A stretch of DNA of 63,212 nucleotides, the filler included, from Folioceros fuciformis (Eukaryota): assembly GCA_049999805.1 (NCBI GenBank). It is 5 parts of 5 records of this genome, joined end to end, with 100 filler letters (N's around TTAATTAATTAA, not from the genome) between each part and the next. Parts side by side here need not be neighbours in the genome. Positions count along the whole stretch, not along the records: positions 39,956 to 50,115 come from JBNGIO010005399.1; positions 50,216 to 57,283 come from JBNGIO010005400.1; positions 57,384 to 63,212 come from JBNGIO010005406.1; 2 more parts are not named here. The stretch is one strand, 5' to 3'. The translations under genes and the position numbers were made by a program. The notes under the pieces were generated by a model. The model was given only the letters and a program-made list of their open reading frames with translations, made no database searches and was not told the origin of the DNA. Positions 48,553 through 61,200 of this stretch are shown piece after piece. Position 1 is the first letter of the stretch. Each line of letters begins with the position of its first letter.

Positions 48553-50115
48553 CACGGTCTGCGCCTAATGATCGTTTTCCGCCAAATCAGGCTTTAGGTC
48601 ATTTTCTGTGTCATTTTCCGTAGCACATATCTAGAAATCATGCTATTTGGTGTGGATTACCCCCAAATCTATAGAAAAACGGTCACGCCAAACTTTCTAT
48701 TTGTCAGGTTTTCCCAAAAACTAGCCGAAATTGCGGGTTACCAATAGTAAACTTTTTTATCTTATCCAGTTCCACGGTTGGTCTAACACTACCACCTGCA
48801 AGTAGACGGAATAATATTTTTTGAAATCGGAATTACTTGAAACTGTCAAATGTCAAAGATCCGATTTCTTGAAACTGTCAAATGTCAAAGATTTTTCAAT
48901 AACGCTCATTTAACCCTGGCCGGTAGGAGTGCGTCGGTCTACCGGCGCACTCCTTGCTTAAGTGCGCCGGTAGACCGGCGCACTCCTTCCGGTCAAACGA
49001 TGAGTAGCTGGTGAATACCCAGATCGGGTCTGGGGAAAGTGCACCACAACTATTCAAAATGAGTTAGGGTTAGGCCAGCGCACAGTTAGGCCGAGGTAGC
49101 CGCTCTCTATGAGCACCCCCACAAGGTTGCTTATGAATCGCCAACCACAGCTCTTTGCAAACAATGTTCATATATATGAAGTGTGGTATACATGAAAGTA
49201 CTTAACCGGTATAGTCTAAGTTTCTGCGTCATCAAGTTCATCTGCACGGTTTTCTTCATCTCGCCTAAGCACGTACAAGTTCTTTCTGATAAGGTTTCGA
49301 GTGCAAGCGTGCAACTATTTTTGACGAGTCAACTCAAATCCATATGCTAAAATAAAAGTGTTCGCGATAGATATTGTGCTAATATGCTTCCAAAGTCTTC
49401 TGCTTGGCTGTCGCTTACGTCCTCGTCTAAAACCCATGGCAAGGTCTTCATTCGGCAATATCATCTCCTCTTGATATCGGCCTTCAAATGCATCTGAACA
49501 TTTCGTGACCCACCAATGGACTGTGATATTTTGAGTGTCATTTTCCTTCTGCGTGTCGAGGACTTTGGCGATCCAAAAAGGCCTGTTGTCTACGTCTGTC
49601 TCGCATGGGACATCAATCATGTGCTCTGCTTCAATCTCTTATACATCTCCACTAAAGCTGTCAACATCATTCCGAATGTGTGCGTCTCTTCTATGCGGCC
49701 CCACATACATATCTCTTCTAGGAACTTCTCGTATCCGTGGGTTTTCCAATACCAAAGCATTTGGCACGAGTAACGGGGTGCTTAACAACTCTGCCTCATC
49801 GCGATTATACCATCGCCATGGCAAATCAAGGTCTTGCTCTACACCTGATTTAATAATTTGAACGATGGCCCCTTGCTTAGCCCAAAATGAATCCCACCAG
49901 ATGTCTTCGCCCAGACCTAAGTGTTGGCGTAATTTGAGCTCCAATCTTGATCGAATCTGCGACAAATTATATCTTGGCACATCGTCCGTAATACTCTTTT
50001 GTTTCCTACTTCTCACCTGCAGATGCATCAGTGGAGCGGCTTTCATATTCCTCTCCGGAACTACTTTGAGGAGTTCTATCCCTTCATCAGGCGACCAGTA
50101 TTGATCAGTGGAATA
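48553..50115 (-). mobile_element. Probable DNA-transposon end with a decayed transposase-like C-terminus
   Basis: Abrupt change of sequence character at 48553 (CACGGTC...) truncates the protease. Subterminal 25-bp direct repeat near 48836-48891, 32-bp inverted repeat at 48920-48992, and minus-strand ORF pieces 'STDQYWSPDEGIELL' and 'PFWIAKVL..VHWW'. Confidence 0.45.
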
Positions 50116-50215
50116 NNNNNNNNNNNNNNNNNNNNNNNNNNNNNNNNNNNNNNNNNNNNTTAATTAATTAANNNNNNNNNNNNNNNNNNNNNNNNNNNNN
50201 NNNNNNNNNNNNNNN
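50116..50215. other. Artificial contig linker
   Basis: N44-TTAATTAATTAA-N44. Confidence 0.97.
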
Positions 50216-50573
50216 TCATCAAGTTTGCTGGGTGGGACGGTAGATGGTCAACATAAGTTGCTATAGCCGGGGTCAGGCGCATCGAAGAAATCCTCAATCA
50301 ACCTGGAAACACCAGTGTCAAATATGTCTGTGAGCTGTTGAAGATGGCCGCCAGGGTGTCGGTGCCGTTGGAGTATTCGCCTGAGGAAGGTGAAGGGAAT
50401 CCAGTGGCTTCTGCTGCAGTGTGATTTGATCAGGTCTGTCAAGCTTCATCCACCTCCAGGTCAGAAAGATTGTGTGGTGTAATTGTGAGAAGGGGACTGA
50501 CGTGACTGGCTGCTTGTAGGAAGCCCTTATCTGGAGAAGGGAGGCGCAAATTAAATTATCAGGGAACTAAGGT

Positions 50574-51385
50574 TCCCCACCCCCCCTGAATCCAGATAAG
50601 TGCCCAAGCTCATGATGTTGTGTGCTCAAAGTAGGCGGCATAGTCGTGTAGTCCAAGTCCTGCCATATGAGCATAGTGTTTGAATTTGGGCAGAGGCTTA
50701 GTGAGGATATCAGAGATGTTGAGGTCTGTTTCAACATAATCAACTTTGACTACTCCTCGTGCAGCCACATCTCGTATATAATGGTGCTGGATTTCGATAT
50801 GCTTTGTTCTGGCGTGATATTTGGGTTGGGCAACAAGATCAAGAACTCTTGTATTGTCAGAGAGGATGAGTGTAGGCTCAGGCTGTGGGTGGCCAAGGTC
50901 CTTTAAAAACTGGCGCTCCCACTCTGCTTGTTTGGATGCCTCTGTAAGTGATTTGTATTCAGCTTCAGTTGAAGACATGGCAATCGATGTTTGTTTCTTG
51001 CAGCTCCAGCTCACAGACGCATTGGCTAGGAGAAAACAGTAAGTAGACAGGCTGCGGCGTCCATCACTATCAGAACCCTAGTCAGCATATGTGAAGCCAG
51101 ATAGGTGAAAATCTCCCGTTCCACTCCTTTTGTAAAATAATCCATATGTGTGGGTACCTTGCAGGTACTTCTTGAAGATGCGCTTCACAGCTACCCAGTG
51201 GGGGTGTCCAGGGTTCTCCATGAACTGGGAAATAGTGGTAACAGAGTATTGAATATTTGGACGAGTCCAATTGGAGACAAACATGAGGCTACCAACAGCA
51301 TGTCTGCATGGTACCTCTGCCATGTCCGTTTTATCCTCAATGGAGGTAGGACATTGTGAAACTATCAGTTTGATACCTGCAGCTG
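50574..51385 (-). mobile_element. Ty1/Copia RT-end/RNase H remnant with PPT
   Basis: 'AVGSLMFVSNWTRPNI', 'SSTEAEY', 'HARTKHIEIQHHYIRD', 'DILTKPL'; G-rich PPT on - at ~50574-50588. Confidence 0.88.
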
Positions 51386-53658
51386 TAGCACTACAGAATT
51401 CACGGAAATGCCGGCTGCCTAGGAGCTCCAGAGCCGGGAGCACACTCGCCGCCTCCTGGCCCGAGAGGAGGTCGAGAATCGGTTGCGGAGGTCGAACCCC
51501 AAACCAGACGCTCCAGGAATTCTTGCTCACTACGCCTCAAAGCCGGTAAGCCGGCGACGCGAACGCCTGAGGAAGCACAGCATTCTAGCGGAATCATGCC
51601 ACCCGCCTGCACAGAACATAGTTGGTGAGCCAACCGAGAGTGAAGCGAATCAGACAAACACCTTGCGAAGAATGGAGGAAAGGACAGCCGCGTCGAACAT
51701 ACCTACGACGAATTGCGCTCATCCTTGTCGAAACAAGATCAACATCTGGCTAAGGTAGAGCGGGTTGTCGATCAGATCGAAGTCCAAGTGGGGGAGGGCC
51801 AAGCCCAACTGGAGAGGTAGTTGAAGGGTGTGCTCCAGACGCTGGAGCAACCAACACCCCCAGGCGCTCACCAGTTCCCATCATCGGACGCTGAGATGCC
51901 CAAACCCGTGCCATCGGTAGACGGGACACAACTCTCCACACCTGTGGATGGAAGACTATCAGGAGCAACATGTCTTGACATGGGAAGGGGAGAAGAAGGG
52001 AGGTACACCATCGTACCTTGTGTTGAGAAGGAATCCCACCTGGAGGATGGGGAGCTAAAGAAGAAACTCATCGTAGAACTCCAACCTTGGCGAGGAAGAG
52101 AACAAAGACATCAAAGCAATGGTGAGGCATCTGCAGATGATGAGATATGAGCATTGGGAGCGCCAACAAGGTTGATTGAGTGGAGAAGCGCAAGGGGGAG
52201 AAGAATACCCGTTCAAACCAAAGCCCTAGCTCGACAAGGAGTTACACCGGAAAATCAAGACCACAACGTTCGACGGAAGTGCCAAAGATGCTCAAAGTGT
52301 GCATGACTGGTTGGACAAACTCGACAAGTACCTTGCAGCCTCCGACAAAGACGATTTGTAGAAGATCTAGTTCTACGTGATGTCGCTTGAAGGATATGCC
52401 TACCGTTGGTGGCGCCAAAGAGAAAAACAGGTGGACCTCGGCATGGAACCGCCTATGTACTCCTAGCTAGTCCTCAAGCAGCTCTTCTTGGAACAGGTCC
52501 TACCAGTGAATCATCGCAAAGACTTGTATCAGCAATTCCAAAAGATATTCCAACAAGGTAGTGTACAAGAGTACTATGATTAGTTTCTCCAACTTACACT
52601 TGACATGCTCAGGCTAGATGAGGAGCAAAAGATCAAGAAATTCATCGACAGATTGAAATTTGAAATGAGAGCGGATGTGAACTAAACAAACCCAGCAACT
52701 TTGGTCGAAGCGATGCAAGCAGCCATCAATTATGGTACGAACAAATACAAACACTTCTCTTTCGCAGGTCCCTCCAAGCCTAAGTGGAACAAGACAGCTA
52801 ACGCATCACACAAGAAGCCAACTTTCAAAATACTGACGGAGGAAGAGAAGAAGGAATACAGTGAGAAGAGGAAATGTTTCACTTGCATGGCACAAGACCA
52901 CGGTTCAAAGAACTGCCCTTTCCGCAAGGACTTCATCAATTGGTTGAGAGAAATCGGAAAGACCACCAGAGTGAGCCAACCAACCCCAAACCCTCCCAAG
53001 AGCGAACATGCCATCAACACAACGAGGTCAGTACCCCTGCCTTAGCAGCAGCGATCTCAGGGAAGTCAAATGTCCAAGAGGGTACCAGACCCACCTGCCC
53101 ATCAAACTAGAGGTTGATCTAGAAGGTGCCCGAGCCACAGCCCTGCTAGACTCTGGTGCCAGTCATCACTATGTGTCTAGATCCGCTGCAGAAAAGGTGG
53201 GCCTGCAGATTCGTACCTTTGGACATGTGTCCACAGTAGTAACAGCGTTGGGCAAGCATGAAACTAGCAAGGAAGAGTGGACTGATGCACTAATCACCTC
53301 CCCAGGTGGTTTTGCAGAAGTCTTCAAGCTGACTGTAATGCCGTCCGTGTGTCATGACATCATTATTGGTAAGCCCTGGCTGGCCAAGCATACCCACACA
53401 TTACACATAGACTGGTTGTCTAACGTAGTGAGTCTCACAAAGGGGGACAAGACATGCGCCATGCAGGGTGAACAGTATACTCTCGACAAACAATTGTTTG
53501 CAGTATCTATGTTCAATAAAGCCACGGCCTCTGGCAGGTTCATGTATGTAGCTAAGCTGAAACAAGTCTTACCCCTAGAAGGAACCCCAGAGTCCAAAGC
53601 TGCAAAAGCCAAGGCTCATGAGGAACTCCTACCACCCACCATGAAGTCACTAGAAAAG
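51386..53658 (+). mobile_element. Degenerate Ty3/Gypsy leader, gag and protease inserted into the Copia
   Basis: Gag 'LEGYAYRWW', 'QQGSVQEY', knuckle 'CFTCMAQDHGSKNC', protease 'ALLDSGASHHYVS' and 'DIIIGKPWL'; several stops. Confidence 0.8.
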
Positions 53659-56280
53659 TGTGATATTTGTAGCCTAGCTACAGCATAGTATAGACAAATG
53701 AATTAGGAAAGTGAATATCTAGAATTAATAACAATGAGATTTATAAAGGTTTCATAAAATAAAACCTAAACTGTAAATAACTATCGGGTGCATTGAAAAG
53801 GTGCCCGACCATGAAATAACCACCTTTTTGTTTTTCTATGGTATCAAAGCGGGACCCTAGGTGGTGGCGTCTGCAGGTATTCAGACTGAGCACGACATGA
53901 GATGGAATCACTACCTGATGCTTGCGGCTAGATTCTCCAGGGTGTTGTGATTACGCGCCTGCAAAATTCGTGCCATGGCTTCGGCGGTTTTGTGCGCACA
54001 GACTCCTGCGATTTCTAATATGCAGCATCGGCAGGTTTCGATTTCTTCTTGTCTGCGGTTTCTATCCACATGAATTGCAGGCACCATGCCGCGCAGCGGC
54101 TGCGATAGAGGGCGCTCTGTTGGTTGGTAGAGCAAAGATTTCTCGCCAAGTTTTCTATCCAGCATAGGAGAGGCATTTTCTCGAACTCTTAGGCACATAG
54201 ATTGCCGCAATTCGCATTTCGTCAAAATCACGAGATTGGTTTTCGGGCAGCCTGCCAACTTGTCTCACATAGTCAGTTGCTCATCAACGGAGAATTCAAC
54301 CAAACATGACGACTTTAATGAAGCTTGATTTTAAGGACAAGGACCAATTCTCAGGGTCCAATTATGATGTCTGGGCACATAGGGTTAAGACCCTTCTGAT
54401 GATAGAAGACCTGTGGGAGGTGGTGGATGGCTCTGCTCCTCACTCGGGACAAAATGCAGCGGCAGTAGATATTACAGCATGGAATAAGAAGGATTTGAAG
54501 GCTGGGGTCATCCTGGAACTAATCATTGATAACAGCATGATGCACCATATCAAAGATGTTGTTTCAGTACATCTGGGCTGGACAGCTCTGTCGCAAATGT
54601 TTGCCACAACCTATCAATCATCACTTGTTCATGCCACCCACTCCTTTTGGAACTACAAGATGAAGGATTCAGAGATAGTCGAAGAGCATGCGTTTTAGGC
54701 ATTTGAGGCGGAAGCTTGCTGCTGCTGGCACGAAGGTCACTGAACTTTAGGCTTATGTTGCACTCTTGATGTCGCTGCCAGACAAGTACAGAGTTTTTGT
54801 AAGTACTCAAAACAGCAGCCTTCGTATGACTACCGCATCTATGCTTTCGTTGTCCACCACCATCGGGGCTCTGCCTGAGGAAGAGGCTTCGATGGGTTCG
54901 AACAGAGGACAAGGTCATTCTTCACACGGTCACATTCTCTACACTGGCATAGGAGGTAGAGGTGGTCGAGGAGGAAGATTCATAAACCATTCAATCTGGC
55001 AAGGGAGGCTTGTGACTGTGGGTCAACAAACTCCACCCAATCTGAATCACAGAAAGCTTACCTGTAATTGGTGTCAAAATATGGGCCATGTAGAGGCTGA
55101 CTGCTATAAGAAGAGAGCAGACAATCCACGAAAAACTGGATCACCTGAAGCCAACATGATCTCCAAAATGAAGGCGTTAAGTTCAAGCTCCAACGGCATA
55201 CTGACTGTGTTTCTGGCGCACACTAAGTCAGATGAACAATCTTGGTTTATGGACTTAGGTGCATCGGCTCATATTTGCTATGATTGAGATAGCTTCGATG
55301 ATTATCAACAATACTCACCCAAATAGTTTGTTTTGCTAGGAGATGAGAGTGGACTGAACATAGCTGGTGTGGGGACAGTAAAAATTCGTTTGTATGATGG
55401 CTCTGTGAGAAGGCTACAGAAGGTTCTTCACGTTCCTCAAATGGTGAAGAACCTTATGTTTGTTAGACATGTGTGCCAAGAGTGGAGTGTTAAAGTGAGC
55501 TTTGATGAAAATCAGTGCAGACTTATTGATAGCAAGACTAATAACGAGTTGGCCATAGGAGTTTTGGATTCAGACCTGTATAGGCTCAATTGCTGCACCC
55601 ATGTTGGGATAAGTGCTAGTAGCTCACATACTTGAGCACACTTAGCTAAGCATATGGATGAAGACAATAATCAGCTGCTTTGGCATTGCCGTTGGGGACA
55701 CCCAAACTATAATAAAATGAAGAACATGGTTGGTGAACACCTGTATCAAGAGAAGTTGTTGTTGGACAGTCCAGGAAGTAGAGGTACTTTGCGATGCCTG
55801 TATTCATGCAAAGCTTCCAAAACAAAATGCTGAGAAACCTAATGAGAAAAATAGGACCACAGAAACTCTTGCTGTTGTACATACCAACTTATGCAGACCT
55901 ATGTTTGTCAAATCTCTTGGAGGAGCCTCCTACTTTATGGTGCTGGTAGATGATTACAGCCGTTTTACTATGACATATTTCCTATGTCAAAAATCAGAGG
56001 CACTTGATCGATTTGTAGATTATGTGAATTATTCACAAAGATAGACTAGGAATAAGGTTAAAGTTCTTCGAAGTGATGGAGGAGGAGAGTTCAATAGTGG
56101 TGATTTCCAAGATTTTTTGCAAACACTTGGCATAGGAAGACAGATCACTGTCCCATACACATCCAGCCAAAATCTACTTGCAGAATCTAATAATCGCTAT
56201 CTGCAAGAAGCTGCAAAAGCTATGCTGTACAAGTCAACACTATCAAGGAGGTACTGGGCACAAGCAGTTCACACTGCTAC
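53659..56280 (+). mobile_element. Ty1/Copia 5' part: LTR, PBS, gag, protease and integrase (pseudogenised)
   Basis: PBS TGGTATCAAAGC at 53839-53850; gag 'FSGSNYDVWAHRVK'; 'CNWCQNMGHVEADC'; 'WFMDLGASAHIC'; integrase 'VLVDDYSRF' and 'RSDGGGEF'. LTR start approximate. Confidence 0.9.
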
Positions 56281-57283
56281 TGTTTGGGGATCGTTCGATA
56301 AGAATACAAAACTTGGACAACAAACTTGCCAAATGAACGAACGATTAATTGATGATAAGTTTCTCCTTATATACAAAATTGTAAAGTCATGTTCTTTCGT
56401 AATTAGGTTAAACTAAGTCACTTTGATATACATAGCCCTAATCTAACTGGGTATGTTTATATAACGTGTAACCCTAACGGCACGGTTACTCTCAACACAC
56501 CCCCGTAAACAGGAGCCACTGTTAGATCCAAGCCGTAATCCGTCGTAAGAGACCATGGCAGGAAGCCTGTCGCAGTGTCTGTCACTTTGTGCCTTCGTGA
56601 TTGCCATCTACCTACTGTATCAACATCATGATGACCATGACCATGGCAGAGGCAGGTGATTAGGTATGTCTCTGATGCTTCATCCACCTCCAGCTGCCTT
56701 CATAGTGTTGTGTTCCTTTTTATCCCTGCAGAACTGACCAGTTCTCATGTTCTGCTACAACGTGCTGACAGCTCTGCCTACACTACTGTTGCAAGGAAGG
56801 GCAAGGTCTTAGTCCCATGGACTCCATGTGGAAATAGTGCTTAGGCTTCGGTAGGTTCTTTGTAAGCAAGTCAGCTGTGTTTTCATCAGTTGAGATGTAT
56901 TCAATTTTGACCACTTTCCTTTCCTGTGAATGCCTAACAAAGTGGTGGTGGACCTCGATGTGCTTCGTGCGTGCATGAAATTGAGGGTTCCCAACCAGGG
57001 CTATTGTGGACATATTGTCACAGTGGACGACAGTGGGCATTGCTGGCTTGTAACCTAACCCTTGTAGAAAACTCCTTTCCCATTCAGCCTCCTTGGCTGA
57101 ATCTGTCAGAGCCTTGTACTCTGCCTCAGTAGATGATAGCGCCATTGACGTTTGCTTTTTCGAGCTCCAGCCATCACAAAGCAATAAGCCAACATGCTTC
57201 ATCTGGTTTCAGGGTCAGTTGCCCAATCGGCATCTGCATACCCTACAGGTGCAATGCTGCCAGTCTGTCCTGAGAAGCATAGC
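56281..57283 (-). mobile_element. Ty1/Copia RNase H, PPT and 3' LTR (56497-56281), nested antisense in the preceding integrase
   Basis: 'SSTEAEYKAL', 'CDNMSTI', 'HARTKHIEVHHHFVR'; PPT ..GGGGGTG followed by LTR TGTTGAG...CCCAAACA on -. Confidence 0.88.
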
Positions 57284-57383
57284 NNNNNNNNNNNNNNNNN
57301 NNNNNNNNNNNNNNNNNNNNNNNNNNNTTAATTAATTAANNNNNNNNNNNNNNNNNNNNNNNNNNNNNNNNNNNNNNNNNNNN
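57284..57383. other. Artificial contig linker
   Basis: N44-TTAATTAATTAA-N44. Confidence 0.97.
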
Positions 57384-58221
57384 TTGATCCATCGACGATG
57401 CCCCAAAGGTCTCTTTGTCGCAAAGCTCCTCGCATTCTCAATGCCCAGATGTCATAATCCTTCCCATTGAATCTGTCTTTCTCTTTGAAGCTATCACTAT
57501 AATGGTAATGCAATGAAGTGTTAGCATTATCATTGCCCAATTGAGAATTAGGAGCAGCTTGTTCTACATCATTAATCACTCCAGCCATTGTAGGTGGATT
57601 TAGAGGACTAGGCCTCGCTGGTACAACCTCTGATCTTCTCTATTGCACGCGCGAAACTCTTCTCTTGCATCATAATCTGATTCGGAGGATGATAGCATGC
57701 TCTCGAATCTCTGCGCATTATCAACCTTAGAGAGAATAGACAATTTTGTCTTTACTTCAGATAATTCTCCCTTAAGATCAAAAGATTGGATTCTAAGTGT
57801 TACTAATTGATGACCAATTTCTTGAAATTTAAGAGTTTCTATGCTATTTTTGCCTTGCAAATTAGAAGATAAAGGAGTACTAATACCAGCATTCAAGTTT
57901 GGGATATGTTGGAGAGCTAATTCTAATGCCTTGACGTGAATTGGGCTAAAAACTTCTAGCAAATCATGTCTAGCTAGCTTAATAAACTTCCCTTGATTTG
58001 GTTTAGAAATTAAAATAGATGCAATGAAATTTGCTATACAAGAGGAGGTGTCTTCTATCTCTCCCTTTATAGCTTGTTGTCTTCTATTGCTTCTATTTGT
58101 TGGACTCCTAATTTGTTCTTTTTGTCTTGCAGGGCTATCTCTCTTCTTAACTCTATGCCCTCTTCTTCTAAGGGAACACAAATCCATGGAAGAAGGACAA
58201 AGAATTAGTGCATAAAAGCAT
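57384..58221 (-). mobile_element. Ty1/Copia gag start (57588) preceded by a 195-aa sense ORF (58187-57600)
   Basis: 'KDRFNGKDYDIWALRMRGALRQRDLWGIVDGS' is the Copia gag N-terminal motif. Confidence 0.8.
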
Positions 58222-61200
58222 TGTTAGAAGAGAAATGTTAGCATAAAAGAAATGCATGCAAAGATAGCAATTCTAGGATAAACACAATCCATCTAGGCAA
58301 ATGCTATAAATATAATGGAGTTAGGGTTAGGGTCGCATAATTATATAAATAGCCAGTGTTTATTAATTAAGTCCAAACGATGGATAGCTATAGACTCGTC
58401 TAAGGGTCGTGTCCTAAATATTAAACGCCACGCTCACGGGTCACTACGAACAGGTGCCCGCATGCCTTTTAAGGCCACACGGCCCTCAATCAAGCATTCT
58501 TTCTTTTCTTCTCTTCTTGTTTCCATCTCCTCCTCGTTCGATCTTGCCATCCGCTTCATGGTATCAGAGCAGGATGGACTCAGCCTCCCCTAGCGTTTGC
58601 GCGATCTACAGAAGCACAAACTGCATCAAAAACCTACCTCACTTACATTTCAGGGCAGTGATCGCCGCACTCAAGAAATCGCTAAGCCGCTTAGGGGAGA
58701 TGGCTGACTCCTTTCTTGCAAGCGCCGTTGAGCACTACTATAGCTAGTGCGCGTCGCTATGCCGAGATTTAGAGGAAAAGACAAACAGCAGTTGGTCGAT
58801 CCATTCGCGGGTGCGCCAGGAGACTCCGTCGAACTCTTGTGTCGAAGACTCACCCATTTCTTCAATTCACACTGCAAGAACCTGCACCAGCATAGACGCA
58901 CTGTCAATCAGTCCGTTCGTCACAAACCTGATCCACTACATTCTTTACACACACAAATCCGGCAAGAAATTGCACAGGCGCGTGAAATCTCTGCTCACTC
59001 TGCACGCAGGTTGGCAAGTAATCGCACCTTACTTTGTCAAGATTGCACAAATGTTATAAATTCCTATCCCTCACTTGCAACACAGCTCCTGGTCGAGGTG
59101 TATGAATTAGTAGTAATCTTGCGCAATCACATTGCAGAGTTAACCTCTAGATTCAGCAACACCAACCTCAAATTAGACACTCTAATCTCACAAGTATCTG
59201 CCCTGTCAATACCTAAAACAATACAACCTGCTAGTGTGCACTGTGGGTCAAGTATCTTACGAGAATCAATCCCACCAATGGTCAGGAACATGCTAAGTAT
59301 GGAGAAAGTCTTCGAGAACGAATTGCAAAGGAAGGAAGCAATTGAATCTTCACTGGTTCACCTACAGTAAAAGGGTACATGTCATATGGAGGTCGTGGTG
59401 GTCGAGGCAGCAGACCACATAGAAACCCTCGAAGACCTGGCAGAGGTAGAGGAATTGAACGAAGTAGAAGAACTAAAGACACAGATATTTCAAATTTAAC
59501 CGAAGACTACTTCGACCCCCTCTCCTTTTTCACACAATACTGCAGGGTAGACTAGCACACGTCCAGCCTTGTCTACAGCACAACTCGCACAGGTTGCTCA
59601 GTTAGCACAAGTAGAACAAGCCACAAGGGCTGCACTAGCTGCTAGGATAGTGTACAACATGGCAAATCCAGGCGGGGCTGTAACAAACAACACAATAGTC
59701 CACAACTTGAAAATTGACTTTAAATAAAAAGACAGGTTTTCAGGTTCTCACTTTGATATCTGGGCAATGAGGGTCAAAACAATCCTGCGGGAGAACGGTC
59801 TTTGGGAGGTTGTAAGCGGGCAAGCTCCCAAACCTCCACAAACTGCCAGCCAAGCTGACCAGGATGCATGGGCTAAGCGTGACCTACAGGTACTAGTGGT
59901 TATTCAGTCTACACTTGACATGTCAATGATGTTGCATACTCAAGATGCAGAATCCACGAAGGCAGTTTGGGACTCATTAACCCAGATGTACCAAGTAACG
60001 AACGGCAGCTCCATTGTTCAATCCACAAGAGCTTTCTACAACTGCCAAATGAAAGAACATGAGACAGTGGAGCAGCACTTTGCAAAATTCAGGGCACTCA
60101 GGGCGAGGCTTACTTCAAGTGGCACGAAAATTGATGAGCTGCAAGCATCGGTTGCCCTCCTTCTCTCTTTGCCAGAAAGCTAACGTACTTTTGTAAGCAA
60201 TCACAGCTCGAACCTTCGAGCAGCAGCAACTGCAACAACTGCAGGTTAGCCACCAAGAATCTCCCTGTCTGACCTAATCGAAGCTTTTCTGGAAGAAGAG
60301 TCCACGCATAAGGCAAGCAGGAGTGGTTCCTCCCATCGGGGAGAGGCCTCAAATAGGGTGCTCTATGTTAACAGAGGCCCTAGGAAGCCGCCACCACGTC
60401 AGCCTTGGCCATCAACCAGCAACACTGCTTACAAAAGACGACCTGCAGCTCCTAGCTCAAAGAAAAAAGGCCCATGTAACTGGTGCATGATACCATGCCA
60501 CTTTGAAGCTGAGTGTAGAAAGAAAAAAGCTGGGGAGCCTCGGAGGACTGCCCCACCTGTAGAGATGAACATCGCACAACGTAAGTCCAACACTTGCTAG
60601 TTGTGTGTTTAGTGTCATCAGAATTAGATAGAGATGCATGGTTCCTAGATTCAGGAGCCTCCGCACACTGCTGTCACACTAAGGAAGCCTTCAGTGAATA
60701 CACAAAACTACCACCTGGTCAGACTGTGCTTATGGGAGATGAGAGAGCATGCCCCATAGTTGGGATGGGAACAGTACTAGTGCTGCTGCAAGATAAAACT
60801 ACTATACAGCTTCGAGACGTCCTTCATGTCCAAGAAAAGAACCAGTAAAGAACTTAGTGGCTCTTCTCAGATTTTCCAAACACACACAGCTGAATACCTT
60901 CTTCAATACCTTCTGCGACACCTGCATCATTACAGACCCTAAGTCAAACAACAAGGTCAAAGCTGTAGGAACACCCGTTAATGACATCTATAAGCTAGAC
61001 TTTGCCTCTAAGCTGTGTCAGCCACACGTCAATGTCAGTCAAGCTGACCTCTGAAAACAAGATGCCATGCTTTGGCACTGCCAACTTGGTCATGTAAATT
61101 TTGACAAGCTGAAGGACATGGTGAATGCCAACAACTTGTACCGAGAAAAGTTTGTGCTGCGGTGTGCCAACAAACAGTTCTGTGAGGCTTGCATTTTTGG

